Below, in pieces: positions 30,201-42,400 of a stretch of DNA of 64,000 bases. Origin of the DNA: Phoronis australis (taxonomy: Eukaryota > Animalia > Phoronida). The notes under the pieces are model-generated. The model saw only the letters and a list, made by a program, of their open reading frames with translations. It made no database searches and was not told the DNA's origin. The DNA is taken from contig NMRA01000057.1 in assembly GCA_002633005.1 (NCBI GenBank), positions 307,567 through 371,566 on the forward strand, written 5' to 3'. Numbering within the stretch: position 1 is the stretch's first letter; each line of letters starts with the position of its first letter. Position numbers and translations under genes: made by a program.

Positions 30201-32736
30201 ACTATGATCACCTCATCTTATAACGCAGTAAAACAAGATGTCATTCAACTCCACAGTTAACATTACAGCTGACATGCAGGACTTCCATTTTTGCACTTAA
30301 AACAGCCAATAGGCATTCTGCATAATGTAACACCAGATGGCATTTCATTAAGAAGCCGAATGGCCAGTGATAACACCACACATAAGTTCAATATTCAGCT
30401 AAAAATTTGCTAACTTTTGAGATTCTACACTCACCATTTGGATGGAATGGAATAGTATGAAAGCACAATGCAGGCGGTCTAGAGTTGTAGTGTTCACTGA
30501 AGTTGATGTACAGTCGGAATATGCCATCTGCAGTTGTAATAAGAGAAACCATAAAAGTACAAAGCACAAAAATCTACCCCATTTTACAATTAAACAAATT
30601 ATATATTATATCCTATTGAGTGAGGTACCATTACAGATCGATACATCAAAACTTCTCCGTCATTTTATACAATATGTAACACATAATCGCTTGACCTGAA
30701 TAGAACGGTATTTTAAATATGAAAATATCTACATTCATCTATACTTTGGTTAGCGGAAGTTATTAATTAAAATTAATCATTTCAACAGAATTATCACGAG
30801 TCAACAGATGAATGCACCAGGCATTATTCAATATGGTTTCCATGAATGCCGATCATCACTGGGAAATCTCCTAACAGCTGGTGTTTACAAAATGCCAAAG
30901 GCTAATTGCCCAGAGCTGTCACCTTAAAATTGTCAACACCTTACACAAATGCTATATATGATCGTAAAGAGTGCTACATTTCTGCATCATGTAACAATGT
31001 GTGCAGCTTTTCATACACCAACCTTCCCAACGAGTGGCTTTGAGTCCTTTGAGTTTGACGATCCATTCAAACACACTGTCATCTGATACTTGATAGACTG
31101 TTATACCCTGGAATGGCAAGTAAACATTCACACTGCGTGATCAGTCCAGACAATACAACAGAGAAAAAATGAGCACACAACAGTTCCAACACCATCCAGA
31201 ACCCCTTGGATAATTTCATAGGCTTACATTGTCCCTCAGAAATGATTCCTATCTGCACATGTGCAAACTTCAATCCTAAATGCAACACAGGGTTGAAATT
31301 ATGGCTTCAGCATAGCGGACCTCAAGTCCTACATGGTCTCATTTTCAATTCAGCCTGCCCCCTGATGTACTGTTAAGGTTATGCAAGATTTTATTGACAG
31401 GCACAATATCTGCATAACCATAAAATGTAACTTGATAAAAGTATAATTATATTTTCTGTAGAATTTCATTTTTGTCATTATACCGATCTGCCAATGATTG
31501 GCTCATATGACAGTGTCTTTTCAGTAAAATGTAGCAAAAAAGAAGGTAATTTCATAGCATATCATCAATATTATGCCCAAATATTGCTTTGTATTTATAT
31601 GTTCAAGATGAAACCTCAAAAACACTGAAATAGTTTTTTTAAATTTTATCAAATCGCTTTTATTTTATGAAAAAACATTTACGGTGGATCATTTTAAAAA
31701 CAGAATCTGAAAGTTTAATTTGAAACCAATCACCCATTTCTGAGATACAATGTTCCAAAGTTAGCCAAATTTGTAGATTAAGGTCCAACATAACCATAAC
31801 TTTAACCCTATTATCATAGATATGATGGGCTCCCCAATCAAATTTCACTGCATTCTTTTTTGGGGTGGTGGGGTCATTAAGAACAGGTGTAGAAAAGTAC
31901 ACAAGTCAAGTCATCCCATTGTGTTGCTCCGGCAGGTTACATAATAGAGGTTGCCAGGTAACAACAAGGGAACAGCAGGTCATTTCTCCGTCCTTCTGTC
32001 ATCGTTAACTGATCTTTGCCATTCAAACCGAGAAAAGTTCAATTTTCAATGACAAATATATTTTTTATACTTCACAGTGTTTAAATTGGTTGGGAAAGAT
32101 GGTAACACGAAAAAGCCATAGTATTTCTATCACTGCAACCATCTCTGTTCCATAACCCCTCTACAAAAGAAGTCCATGTCCTGTAATTGTAAGAGGCTTT
32201 TGTAATTCCAAATGGCAAGACACCTTCATAGTTGCTGGTTATAAAATGAGATGTCGTGTCTAACGGGAGGAGTTAACCCCTTGCACACTGCCCATTCGAT
32301 GCAATTCTCCATTTTGAGAACCCAGTGACTTGCTGTAAGAGTACTGGAATTTGCACATCCGCAGATATGAAACACCCGAGGCTATGGAAATACTACATCT
32401 ATGTGTTCTGGAGCATACCGTACATTTTCAGGTTAAACAATCTGACTTTCTCATGAACTGTACGGGAATCCAAGTAAATAGCTGTCTTCTTAGTGACTGC
32501 AAATCATTGTTCATGACCTTTACTTCTCTTTTCAAGCACAGCATTTCTATTTTTGCAACTGTTTCCCACCAAGTTCAATTTTTCATTCTATAAAATAAAT
32601 AAGGAGTGCTTGAAACAATGTTTCATAAGTGCTTGTGTATTACAACTGAGAATTAAATTATACATACATGTAGACTTTTGTCTTTCTTAATCCTGTCAAA
32701 TTCCCTCTCAATCAGCAAGTGAGCTCTTGAGAACAT
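24210..32736 (-). CDS. UBE2U: Ubiquitin-conjugating enzyme E2 U-like, 348 aa, 9 coding exons
   Basis: Exons 32736-32668, 31107-31023, 30527-30435, 29836-29739, 28475-28349, 26684-26487, 25810-25714, 24956-24844, 24376-24210 (total 1047, phases consistent). UBC domain MFSRAHLLIEREF..FEWIVKLKGLKATRWEDGIF..PFHPNVDPITGQPCIDFLD (HPN motif and catalytic Cys)..LSNPVLEKAVN. Long C-terminal extension with SFDEYHRMWKGMATS and WDGEVDDLVAWTTTLD, recalled as typical of UBE2U. Confidence 0.88.
25179..25325. mobile_element. PIF/Harbinger-like MITE (147 bp)
   Basis: TIR GGCCCAGTATCTAATCTTTGTATTCGAAAT vs GGCCCAGAGTTCGTTCTTTGTACTCGGAAT; CTG TSD on both sides (25176-25178, 25326-25328). Confidence 0.7.
25941..26188. 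mobile_element. PIF/Harbinger-like MITE (248 bp)
   Basis: TIR GGGTCCGTTCCAACAAAACTGACTTA vs GGGCCTGTTCCAAGAAACTGACTTA; CTG TSD (25938-25940, 26189-26191); internal ACTTAAG repeats. Confidence 0.75.
27489..27582 (-). mobile_element. Degenerate tRNA-derived SINE head
   Basis: Minus strand CTAGTGGACAAGAG (A-box-like) ... GCGGGTTGGAATCCCGGTCGGG (B-box/T-arm-like). No intact acceptor stem. Confidence 0.4.
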
Positions 32737-33130
32737 CCTGGTATACTTTTTTACTTACCTGAAAGTATTTGAAATGTGGTCAAAAACAATTCAAGCAAAC
32801 ATGAACGTGAAAGACACAACGATTTCTATGTGCGGTGTTGGGAGAATGGTGCAAGTAACGGTGTAAAGCAGACCAGTTGTACCGAGACGGCACTGGAACT
32901 GTCTCACTACTACGCCGGCCTTCTGACGCGCACGACCCTGTCAGCATCGAAGCCGATCGAAGGACGATCCTGTTCAAGTTGTTGTTCGTGGCTGCCGACG
33001 TTGGCTGTCCTGGCCCATATGCTAGTGCTGGTACATACAATACAAATGGTTTGTTGCTAGTTTTATAGTCTCATTTTACAATAAAGTACTACAAAACACA
33101 AAGCCTTAGTCTATGGCCTAAGTTTCTTAC

Positions 33131-33310
33131 CGTTCACAAAACGGGCAGTAAGTCGCCATGTTTGTTTTTCCTCGCAACCGCAGAGCATGGATGCCACCTG
33201 GCGACAACTAACAAAAATCGCCGACAGAGGCAAGTGACGCGTGACTACTACGCCCGGCCTGACCTGGAATTTAGGAAGCTCCCAGTGACCAGAGGCTTTC
33301 ACGGGCATAA
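33131..33310 (-). promoter_or_regulatory. Probable UBE2U promoter and first exon
   Basis: CpG-rich patch; donor GAACG|GTAAGA at 33131/33130; YY1-like AAACATGGCG around the ATG at 33159; ACTACTACGCC(C)GGC motif at 33244-33258 (second copy at 32906-32919). Confidence 0.5.
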
Positions 33311-36300
33311 AGAAATTCTTTATACTTTATGCATCAGTATAAATGTCTTTTTAGAGTTTTTTAAAGACTTCGGGTAAGTTTTTATATTCTTCATATTTCT
33401 TTATCATCTGTATTCTAATGGCAAAAAGGTTTGTAATAACTGTGCAAGTCAGGGTGTTGCGATGTAGCAATTAAAGGTACATGCACGAATGATTTCAAAA
33501 TAGTACTACACAAACATTAACAGAAGTCTCCAACACTCTGCCAAATTTGGATAAATTTCTTTTCAGAATAATTTGTCAGTTTAGTCGACTTTTTGTCATA
33601 CTTCAATATAAGCATTGTCTAGTAGTCGGTATTTGCTCATAGACTTTTGCAGTAACTTGTGTCGCAACTTCGACTACGCGCAAGGAGCAACACCTGCCTA
33701 GTTTTTGTTGACATTTAGCTAGAACTCAGTGGATTGGATTCTATTCGAAAAGAAAATTGAAACATAAGTTAGACTTGTCAAATTACGACATTGTCTAGCT
33801 AGCTAGTCTTTGTACCTTTACACGGTATGTTTTGTGCCGTATTGTAATTGTATGGTAGAGAAAATAAAAACTTAGACCTGTCCATGCAGATATCGTTAAG
33901 AGAAAGTTTGAAAGCCGCTAAGAGAGTGCAAAATTGGTTCAATTATAAACTTGAGGTCAATGACCCATTGTTTAATTTTACAAAATATTAATAAGACAAG
34001 CTTAACGAGGGTGTTAGTATGCATACGTCAGTGAACTTGAACTATTCCATTAACTGTTCAGCGGCAACAATCCCGCGTTTCGTCGAAGAAATTAATTTTT
34101 GATTTAAGCCCTGATCGAGCTTAATAGCCAGTACTGGCTGCATGAAATCGGCCGGGTATTTGAACTTTTTCAGTGTTCAGTCGCCGTGTAGAAGAGAAAA
34201 TTTACGAGAACACTGATCAAACACCAGAGCTGGGTTTACGCAATGAGAAGACCTGGCCACGATATTTTTGCTACAGGGGTACCAGTTTTCTGCATGTCTA
34301 AATGCCCTTAAAACGGCACTCTTTCAGTAGAAAAAGTATGAGGAAGATTGCTATGCACGGACTTCGCCGGGGAGCAAACTGATTCCGGCAGTTCCCGACA
34401 AAAATGTTTAGGTAATGCAAATTTGTATTCCTCCAGAGAACCCTTGTGGGTTAATGAAATCGCCTGGCGCTCTTGGTTTCCGTTTTTTTTTTTTTGAAAT
34501 AGCCAATAGAATTTCTGAACTTTCATTTTGAAGTTTTTAAATAGCATATTTGAATTGTTCGTGAAAATTCAACGTGGTTAAGTTTTTGAATTTTGAAAAC
34601 TGGGCAGGACATGTGACTTTCACACCCTAAACATTTTGTATTGCCATTTAGAGAAAACAAAAAAATTCTGTCTGTTGCAAAGACTGCAGGCCGGTCTTCT
34701 GCAGTGAGCGCGACTAACTCAGTCCTGACACGCCTCGGGTACTAGTAGTCAAAATGTCCCCTCGGATGAAGCGTTCTTAGTATGTGCGGACTTGTTCCGA
34801 GTCCAGCAAACGGCAGGAATGTGACTTTCAACCTGGAGAATGATTGAAAATCGCATAAACGCAGATCAGGTTAACCGTACTAAAGATTCAACTAAACCAA
34901 TGACGTGAGTTTCCCCATGTAAGTGGACTAGAAAGTAAGATAAAGCACTGTCACTGATTTCTTTTTGTTGATGTGCTCCAGCCTCCATTGTGTGACTTGT
35001 CCAATGAGAAATACAACATGGAACAACTCGACTTGTATAAACCACCGCTTGTAGAGTGATGTTTAGATAGACTGCAGTGAAATGAATTTGAATGCCGTGG
35101 TTAGCAAAATGTTACTTGTTTGATTGGACATCTGCACACAGCAAACCATGCATGTAATCCACTAACAGAATAGAATTTCACTTGTGTTAAACACGTGAAG
35201 AATTGCCCTACTACTGAGGAAAACTGATAGCCACAGTGCGTATATTCGAAAATGGCACGTTTTTCACCATTTAGGTGCCAAACAGAAAGATTGGGCGTAC
35301 TTTTGGAAACGAAGGCCCCCAAATGGAAAATGCGTCTGGTGGTGTCCAAGCTCTGTCAAACGTAGTGTGCGTTACCAAGTGAATGTCTTGAATAATAAAA
35401 TGACGCCAGTGATCTTCATAAAATAAAAATAGTTTATTCAAAAGTACAGGAATGGAATACATGAATGAAGCACATAAGCAGACACTAACCACAAAAATGA
35501 AATGAAATTAGACAGACTGCAATTCTCCAATGCTCCATATTTAGGGGTATCAGGCAGGGCAGGTCAACTGCTCCTGTCATATTTAGGAAAAAATAATGAA
35601 ATATTTTGGCAAAACAAAAATATTGGGCACCACAACACCCAACATAAAAACACGGCTATTGAATCAGAGAGGTTGCATAAACGGGGAAGCAATTAACTAC
35701 CCACACTGGGATCCACTGGGTGGAAAACAGGACTGTGGGCAAGATTACTGATTAATGTTTGCGTAAACTGATATCATATGCTCCTGTGCCAATAACAGAA
35801 AAATTAGGGTATGGCTATTACTTCATGTACTATCACATAAAGCAGAAAACATCGTACACTCAATCAAGCTGTGAGCCGATTATGATAGCTAACCTGCTTA
35901 CAAAAACATATCATATAAAAAAATTCATAATTATAATAAATTACATTGTGTATTTAAAAATAATCTCAACAGACCAAAATATCTTAACAATGAACATGTA
36001 CACCTTGAAACCTAAAGGTAAAACAAATGCTTCAAATTAACCGGAAATGAAATATCACAGCAACATATGCCATGCCCGATGTACTGTATTCTGGAAAAAC
36101 TTGTTCGAGTCACTTGAATTTCCCCCGTGAAATTGTAGAGACGGCAGAGCCATAAAATCCAATGAATCTTCCAAGATTCACACACATTGCTTCTCATGAA
36201 CCCCACCCCCGACTCCGCACCACTCGATGAAACTAAACTTTCAATCACATATCAAAGAGGCCATATGCAATTCCAACTGTCAGGGGTTTTACAAAATTTT

Positions 36301-36495
36301 CTGCACAGCATGCGGAACGGAATCCACTAACAAGTACAAGAAACTAAACGTCAAAATTACATAATGTAAATCACCAATAAATAAATAATTATCTTCAAAT
36401 GACTAGACGTGTAAAAGTCTAAATTCCTGGCCCAACCTATCCAGTTGTCATTTCAAGCAAGCTCCTTGAGGTGTATTTCGTTGCCATAGTTACAA

Positions 36496-39400
36496 TCAGA
36501 CATCATCCAGTGGAGATCGTCTGGACAGCTCGTTGTAAGCAAGCCGCAGCACCTGAGAAGACAGCATACAAAACGAATCAGAATATTTAACATGAGCTGT
36601 ACACGTTCCGTCCAAGAGGCTAACTTTAGATTTATACCTGTTACGGATTGCTATTACTCAAAATAGACTGTATGGTAAGACACCTTTTAATAGTTACTAC
36701 ATAACATGGCGTCTCCATTACATCTTAACGAGCAGCTGTACCACAGCCCCCTTCCAGTTCACAGACCCCTTCCAGTTCACAGACTGTGAAACTCCGTTTT
36801 ATCGGGCGTTCTACCAGTATGTAACTATCGTCTGCTCACATGTGCTCAAGAATACTGAAGTGACCAATCTATATGCCCCCTAGTGGCTATGCCATAAATC
36901 AATCATTGCTTACAACACCCCTTACTGCAACAACATAGGCTTCAACTTAATGTTGTGTTCCTATCTCTGATGGAAAGTCATTCCTGTGTTTGCAGAGAAC
37001 TGTAGTGACAGTTCATTGATCCTTGAGACCGTACTCAATGCACAAAACAACACGCCGTGACAAGTACGTTTTTGAGTTTGGTCAAGAGCAATAACATTAT
37101 GACAGCTCTTTCCAAGCCCTGATATCAGCTCAAATTTGACTAAAAAACAGTTTAAGACCAATCTCGTAACAGTAAGTGGTATGACATAAATAGAATAATA
37201 GCTTGGATTGACTCATTACCCGTTGAGTCCACGGCGTATCATTATTTTTGAAAAAGGCTAATATTTCTATGTTTGGAATTATACCTCTCATATTTTATTT
37301 TTGTGCTCAGTAACCCACGTCAAAGTGGTGACTTTATAAAACTGCAAAGATATTTCTACCAGCAAAGGCTAAAAATTTTACATTCTGGAAGTGAAGTGTG
37401 TTTCTTGCAGCGTTTTTGTATTCAAGAAACAATGTTTGAAATGTTCAAAATGAGTAATGGTTTTCCCGTAAAGTGCAAGACACTCTTTTAGCTTTATTTT
37501 AATTTGAGCCACATAACATAATAAAAATTTACAACAAACCAATTTTACCAAATGGTGTTCGTACAGTATGACATTGATATTCTTAAACTCACCTTTTTGA
37601 ACTGACAGTGCACCACAGAATAAATTATATCTAACTGGACTTCAAAAAACTAAAAAATACTAAAATGTCAAAAGGTTTATGAGAAAATCATCTTTTGATG
37701 TTCAGAAAAGAACTAAACTGTTTCTTGGCAATGTCAGTATACCAAGGTGTCACTTACATACAAAAATGTGACAAGTTAATTCAGCACCCACTTCTATAAA
37801 AATCTACTACCTATGTTCAGGCACAGCCCTTGATATGTGACACGAAGAAATTTGACAGAATTTTGACGTACATAAACTCAGTTTTCTTGAACTGATTCTT
37901 TGATTTGAACACTGATTTTGATGACTTTTTTGTGTTTTACATATGTCTGAACTCAATAATTCTTGAAAATGTGAGGTTCTTCAAAAAGCAGGTGTTTTAC
38001 TACATTTTATGACCCTGCTCACAGTTTGTGTTTGTAACCACAGTATGAATGATTATTGCTGAGGGATTTTAAGTCCAAACGCCTCTTTCGTCTGGAGTTG
38101 AAACTACATAAGAGATATTTAATGTAAATGCTACCAACGCTGTCAAAAAAAATGCACTGTGTCTTACTAAAAACTCTTCTTGTTTTCTTCAAATAGCTTT
38201 CCATGCCTAAAATTAAGGAGGCAAGCTGGTAAGGATGTCGAGAAATGTCACAATGAAATCCATGCCAGCTCGTAGTTCACCTACTTCATCAGGGTTCTTT
38301 ATCCCTCTGTAATCTTCTCTTTTCCTTGGTTTGGCCTTTATTAGTGGCTCTTCCTTTTTAGGAGCAACGTCGTACTGTTAGGAACAAAATATGTCGTAAA
38401 AATAAATATAGAAAATATACAACACAGATTGGAGAACATTTACAAATTAGTTACTGATTACAGAAACACTACCTGATCCCCCAAGGATGAAAATGTTTTT
38501 GTTTGAAAGGGCACACCTCATCATGCTAAAATTCACAAAAAGCTGAATTAATAATTTCTGTAATTCACTGTCATCTAATACATCATTTCTTGCAAACTGT
38601 TCAGGCAAATTTTCTTATAATATCTTTCCTGATTTCTTTTTTGTTGCCTCAACTGGGAAGAAATAAGAACACTGGTGTAAGTTATGATTTGACAATAACT
38701 GTACATCACAACACAGTGAGGAGATAGAATTTTGGTATGCCCTTTCATAAAATAAATAGACTGGCCAATAGACTACAGTGTCTGAATGGCTATGAGGTAA
38801 AAAATAGAGCACCGTCTGAAAAGAATTTTGTTCAAACATTAAACTTTTAAAGCAACAAAAGATATTTAAAAATTTTTACTTCTTTAGGTCTTTCCCATGG
38901 TTTGTTTTCCGGACTTTTGATACTCTCTCTCAACTTGCTTGCATCATAGAGCTGTAACTCATTCATAGACAGTCCGTCCATGTGGCTCAAGCAGGCCTCT
39001 AGATCATGCTTCATTTTGGCCTCATAGTCATAATAATCATTCTGCAGAGCTCTGGAAAACATGCAAATAAATTGAAGATGACACTGCAATACAATTGTTA
39101 AAATAAATCGGTGAACGCTTGGCAAATTCCCAATTTTGACTGCTTTCGAATTATTTTGTACTAACGAAAGCCAAATTTTCAGTGATTATTCTTAGAGAAA
39201 GAAAGGATACATGGCTTTGGGGATTTTTGTACCCAGATCAGAGACCATAATTTGCTTCGATGTAAAACTTATACGAAATATTATTTAATTTCAACGTTTA
39301 CATTCATATTCCCCAAACTTGGGTCCAGCAGCATTAAGGACCAAGTGCAGTGTAGTCGCATGTGCTTGAATTCTTCAATTTATCGACTTTTAAATAATGC

Positions 39401-42400
39401 AGTCACACTAAGATAGAATATGAAAATTGCTACACAGTAAAGTTTATTTGGACGAGTTGCTTACTAGCAACACACTGAGTGAAACAGGGAGATAGTCACC
39501 AAAACCCTACTGCACAGTATTTAGAAGTCTGACAGTGACACCTAACAAAAGATGGCTTGCCATATTACATTTCATTTCCAAATGAAGACCGAACTCCGAT
39601 TAATCAACAATGGTGGTTTTATCTATAACAGAACTGACGCGCTTTGTGCACATGATAATGCAAAATACAGCCCTCACAATAATTGCCCATATAACAAAAG
39701 AATGCAGAACTACACAAAAAGAGAAGCACCCAAAGTGTACATTCAACAAACATGCTTTACAATAGAACACTTTATTGTTACATAAAAATTACCATAACTG
39801 GCTAATGGGAAACTTTTGAACCAAATAAAATCAAAGTCTCAAGAGCTTACACAATTCGTTTCTGTAGAAATCTCACATTTTCCTCCATGACCTGACGTTT
39901 TGCCTTCAACTGTTCATTGAAAGTGTACTCAGCAGCGTCTTTAAGGGTCATGAGATTGCCAGTATGTTGTTGGTCCTGAAATGGGAAGCAAAATAAAAGT
40001 GCAGCACTTACTGCATAATGTGAAAAATGTGAATCTTGACAAGTGATAAGTAAACTTTTCGGGAGACATAAAATGTGAAACATCGAAAATGTGAAGGGAA
40101 CAAAATGATTGATGTTAATTGGTGTGAAGCATTTAATAATTAATCAAAACCACACAAGGTACAGTATGAGAGTGCCCATTTCAAAAAAAATTTTGCGCAA
40201 TACGTTTTGAACCGCACCCTCAGTTTCCAATATCAAATTTAGTTTTCATACACCAAAATTTAGTTTTCATACACCAAAGTGTCTAAAATGGCCCAAAAGT
40301 TTTACCTGCAGGCAAAGCTATCACAGACACCCATCTTATCCCCAAACAAAAGAAGCCAATCATAAAACTGAACATGCTGTGATAATGAACCCTTCAAATG
40401 CAATGGGTAAGAAGCATTCGGAGTTGTGAGTTGGGAGATAAAATAACACAGTATCTCATGGTGGTATCAAACATGGACAGAGCAATGTTGCACTATAACC
40501 TGAAGTAATTCCCAAAAGAAGGGTGACCGTCATAGCAAAGCTAACATTAATAGGGAAAGCAAACATTTTTAATGTCAAATATAGTAAAAATATAGATCAT
40601 TGTTTTTCTTAAAAACACAATTTTCTGTGCTCATTACTGTCCCCGTCATGTATTTACCATCCGTGGAACTAATGAGACGCGACAAAGTGCCCGCATCATG
40701 GTTCTGCGTTCATTTCCATTAAGGAAACAAAATATCTTGTTCTACTGAACTCAGTTTGCACAGGTCATGAGTGTTTGCTCAATGGAAGTGAATCGAAAAC
40801 CACGATGCCAGCTCTTTGTTGGTTTGTACGTCATTTTTATTGTTCCATAGAAAGAGCATTAGGAACATTAACACAGACCAATGTGATAACGGTTACCATG
40901 GAGAGGAATTTCTTCTATTAAATAAAGGTAACATAAAAAAACAGTTGCTTTCCCCTTTAAGAATAAGTTACTGGTACTGGTGTTTGAGCTCTGGCAACTT
41001 GAGATAAGCTGCCAACTATTTCTTTAAGGGATTTTCAAGTAAAAGTGGAGACTAAACATTGAAGTTGTAAGAATAGAAATTGGGTAGATAATGTTGAAAG
41101 CTACAGTTGCACCACTCACCAGGGAGCGAGGAAGAGGTTTTACACTGACATTGTCGAGTGTAATCACAGTTGTATTTCTTATTAAACCACTCTGGTAGCT
41201 TGGATCTTTCTCAATAGGGTTGCCCTGGAAAATACTGAAGATCAGCAAACAGAAAAATATGCATCCCATAAGACAACAATTATTGACAATGTAAATCTAA
41301 CGTCACACATGCATACAGTGCCAGCGGTGATTTAGACTTTGCCCGGAATTGCTTTGCCCAAGAACCACCACATACATCAGAACATGAAGTCATAAAGCAG
41401 TTTCATCAAAAACAATGATTTGCAGGATGATCTGGAACAATTGTCAATATTTAATTTCTGAACAGCACCTTAGAGGGTCGCCTATTCAAAACTGAGTGAA
41501 TTCTTTGGATCATTAAGATCCCTCAGATAAACAATCTATTGTTGGGTTAGGTAAACAAACCTAGCCAGCAAACCTACAAGGGACACCAGTACTACTCAAC
41601 AACACTGCATGAGATTCTAATTTATTTTGTTGTCATTCAAAGATCGAAAAGGTTAATTTTCAATGACTGAATCAGTTTTCACACACCAGAGTGTCAAAAA
41701 TGACCTGCACTGCGTGTAATTTGATTTCGTTTAAATGCAGACTTTGCTATCACAGGTATCCATCCGATTGTTCCCTAATCCCCAAACAGAAGAAGCCAAT
41801 CATGTAGCTGTGGTAACTGGCTCATGATTCAAATCAAAACCAGTAAGAAACATTCAATGTTGCTAGTTGGGAAATGAGATGTCACAGGTCTTGAACACAT
41901 CAAACCAATTGAATGCTTTGCATGCTGGGTAGGAAGACAAATATGTAACTTACGTGAAGTGAGAGGGACTTGAGCTGTTTCAACCCGCTAACAATATCCA
42001 CCGTGGTGTCGAGAGTCTCGATATCATTCTCAGAGGCGTTCAGTACAACTAAATGCAAGCAACTCATGATTGGCACTAAATTTTTCTGAAAGAAAATGGA
42101 GACAAAGTTTTTGAAGGACACTGTAGAAGTATCATGAAATACTTGCAGAAGGATCAGGAAAAGATCTAGAGGATCACAGGATCACTCATCCATTGTTGCA
42201 TTGGAAGAGTATAACACAGTCCCACTGTGTGGCCATTGTTGGGTCTCTCAGCCAGGAACCTGCATCCGAGTCAGGTGGGCAGTAATGTTAAGCAATCATG
42301 ATAAAGTGATTTTTCACATAACAAATAGTTAGTTAATATTGAAACTTCAAATACTGCTCTTTAATCTGTGTATTTATAGATTGAGTAGCTTGTTATGGTA

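Noticed and set aside
33471-34311. Possible TTAA-flanked Kolobok-type MITEs
   Set aside because: The candidate TIRs match only about 9/15, too weak to support.
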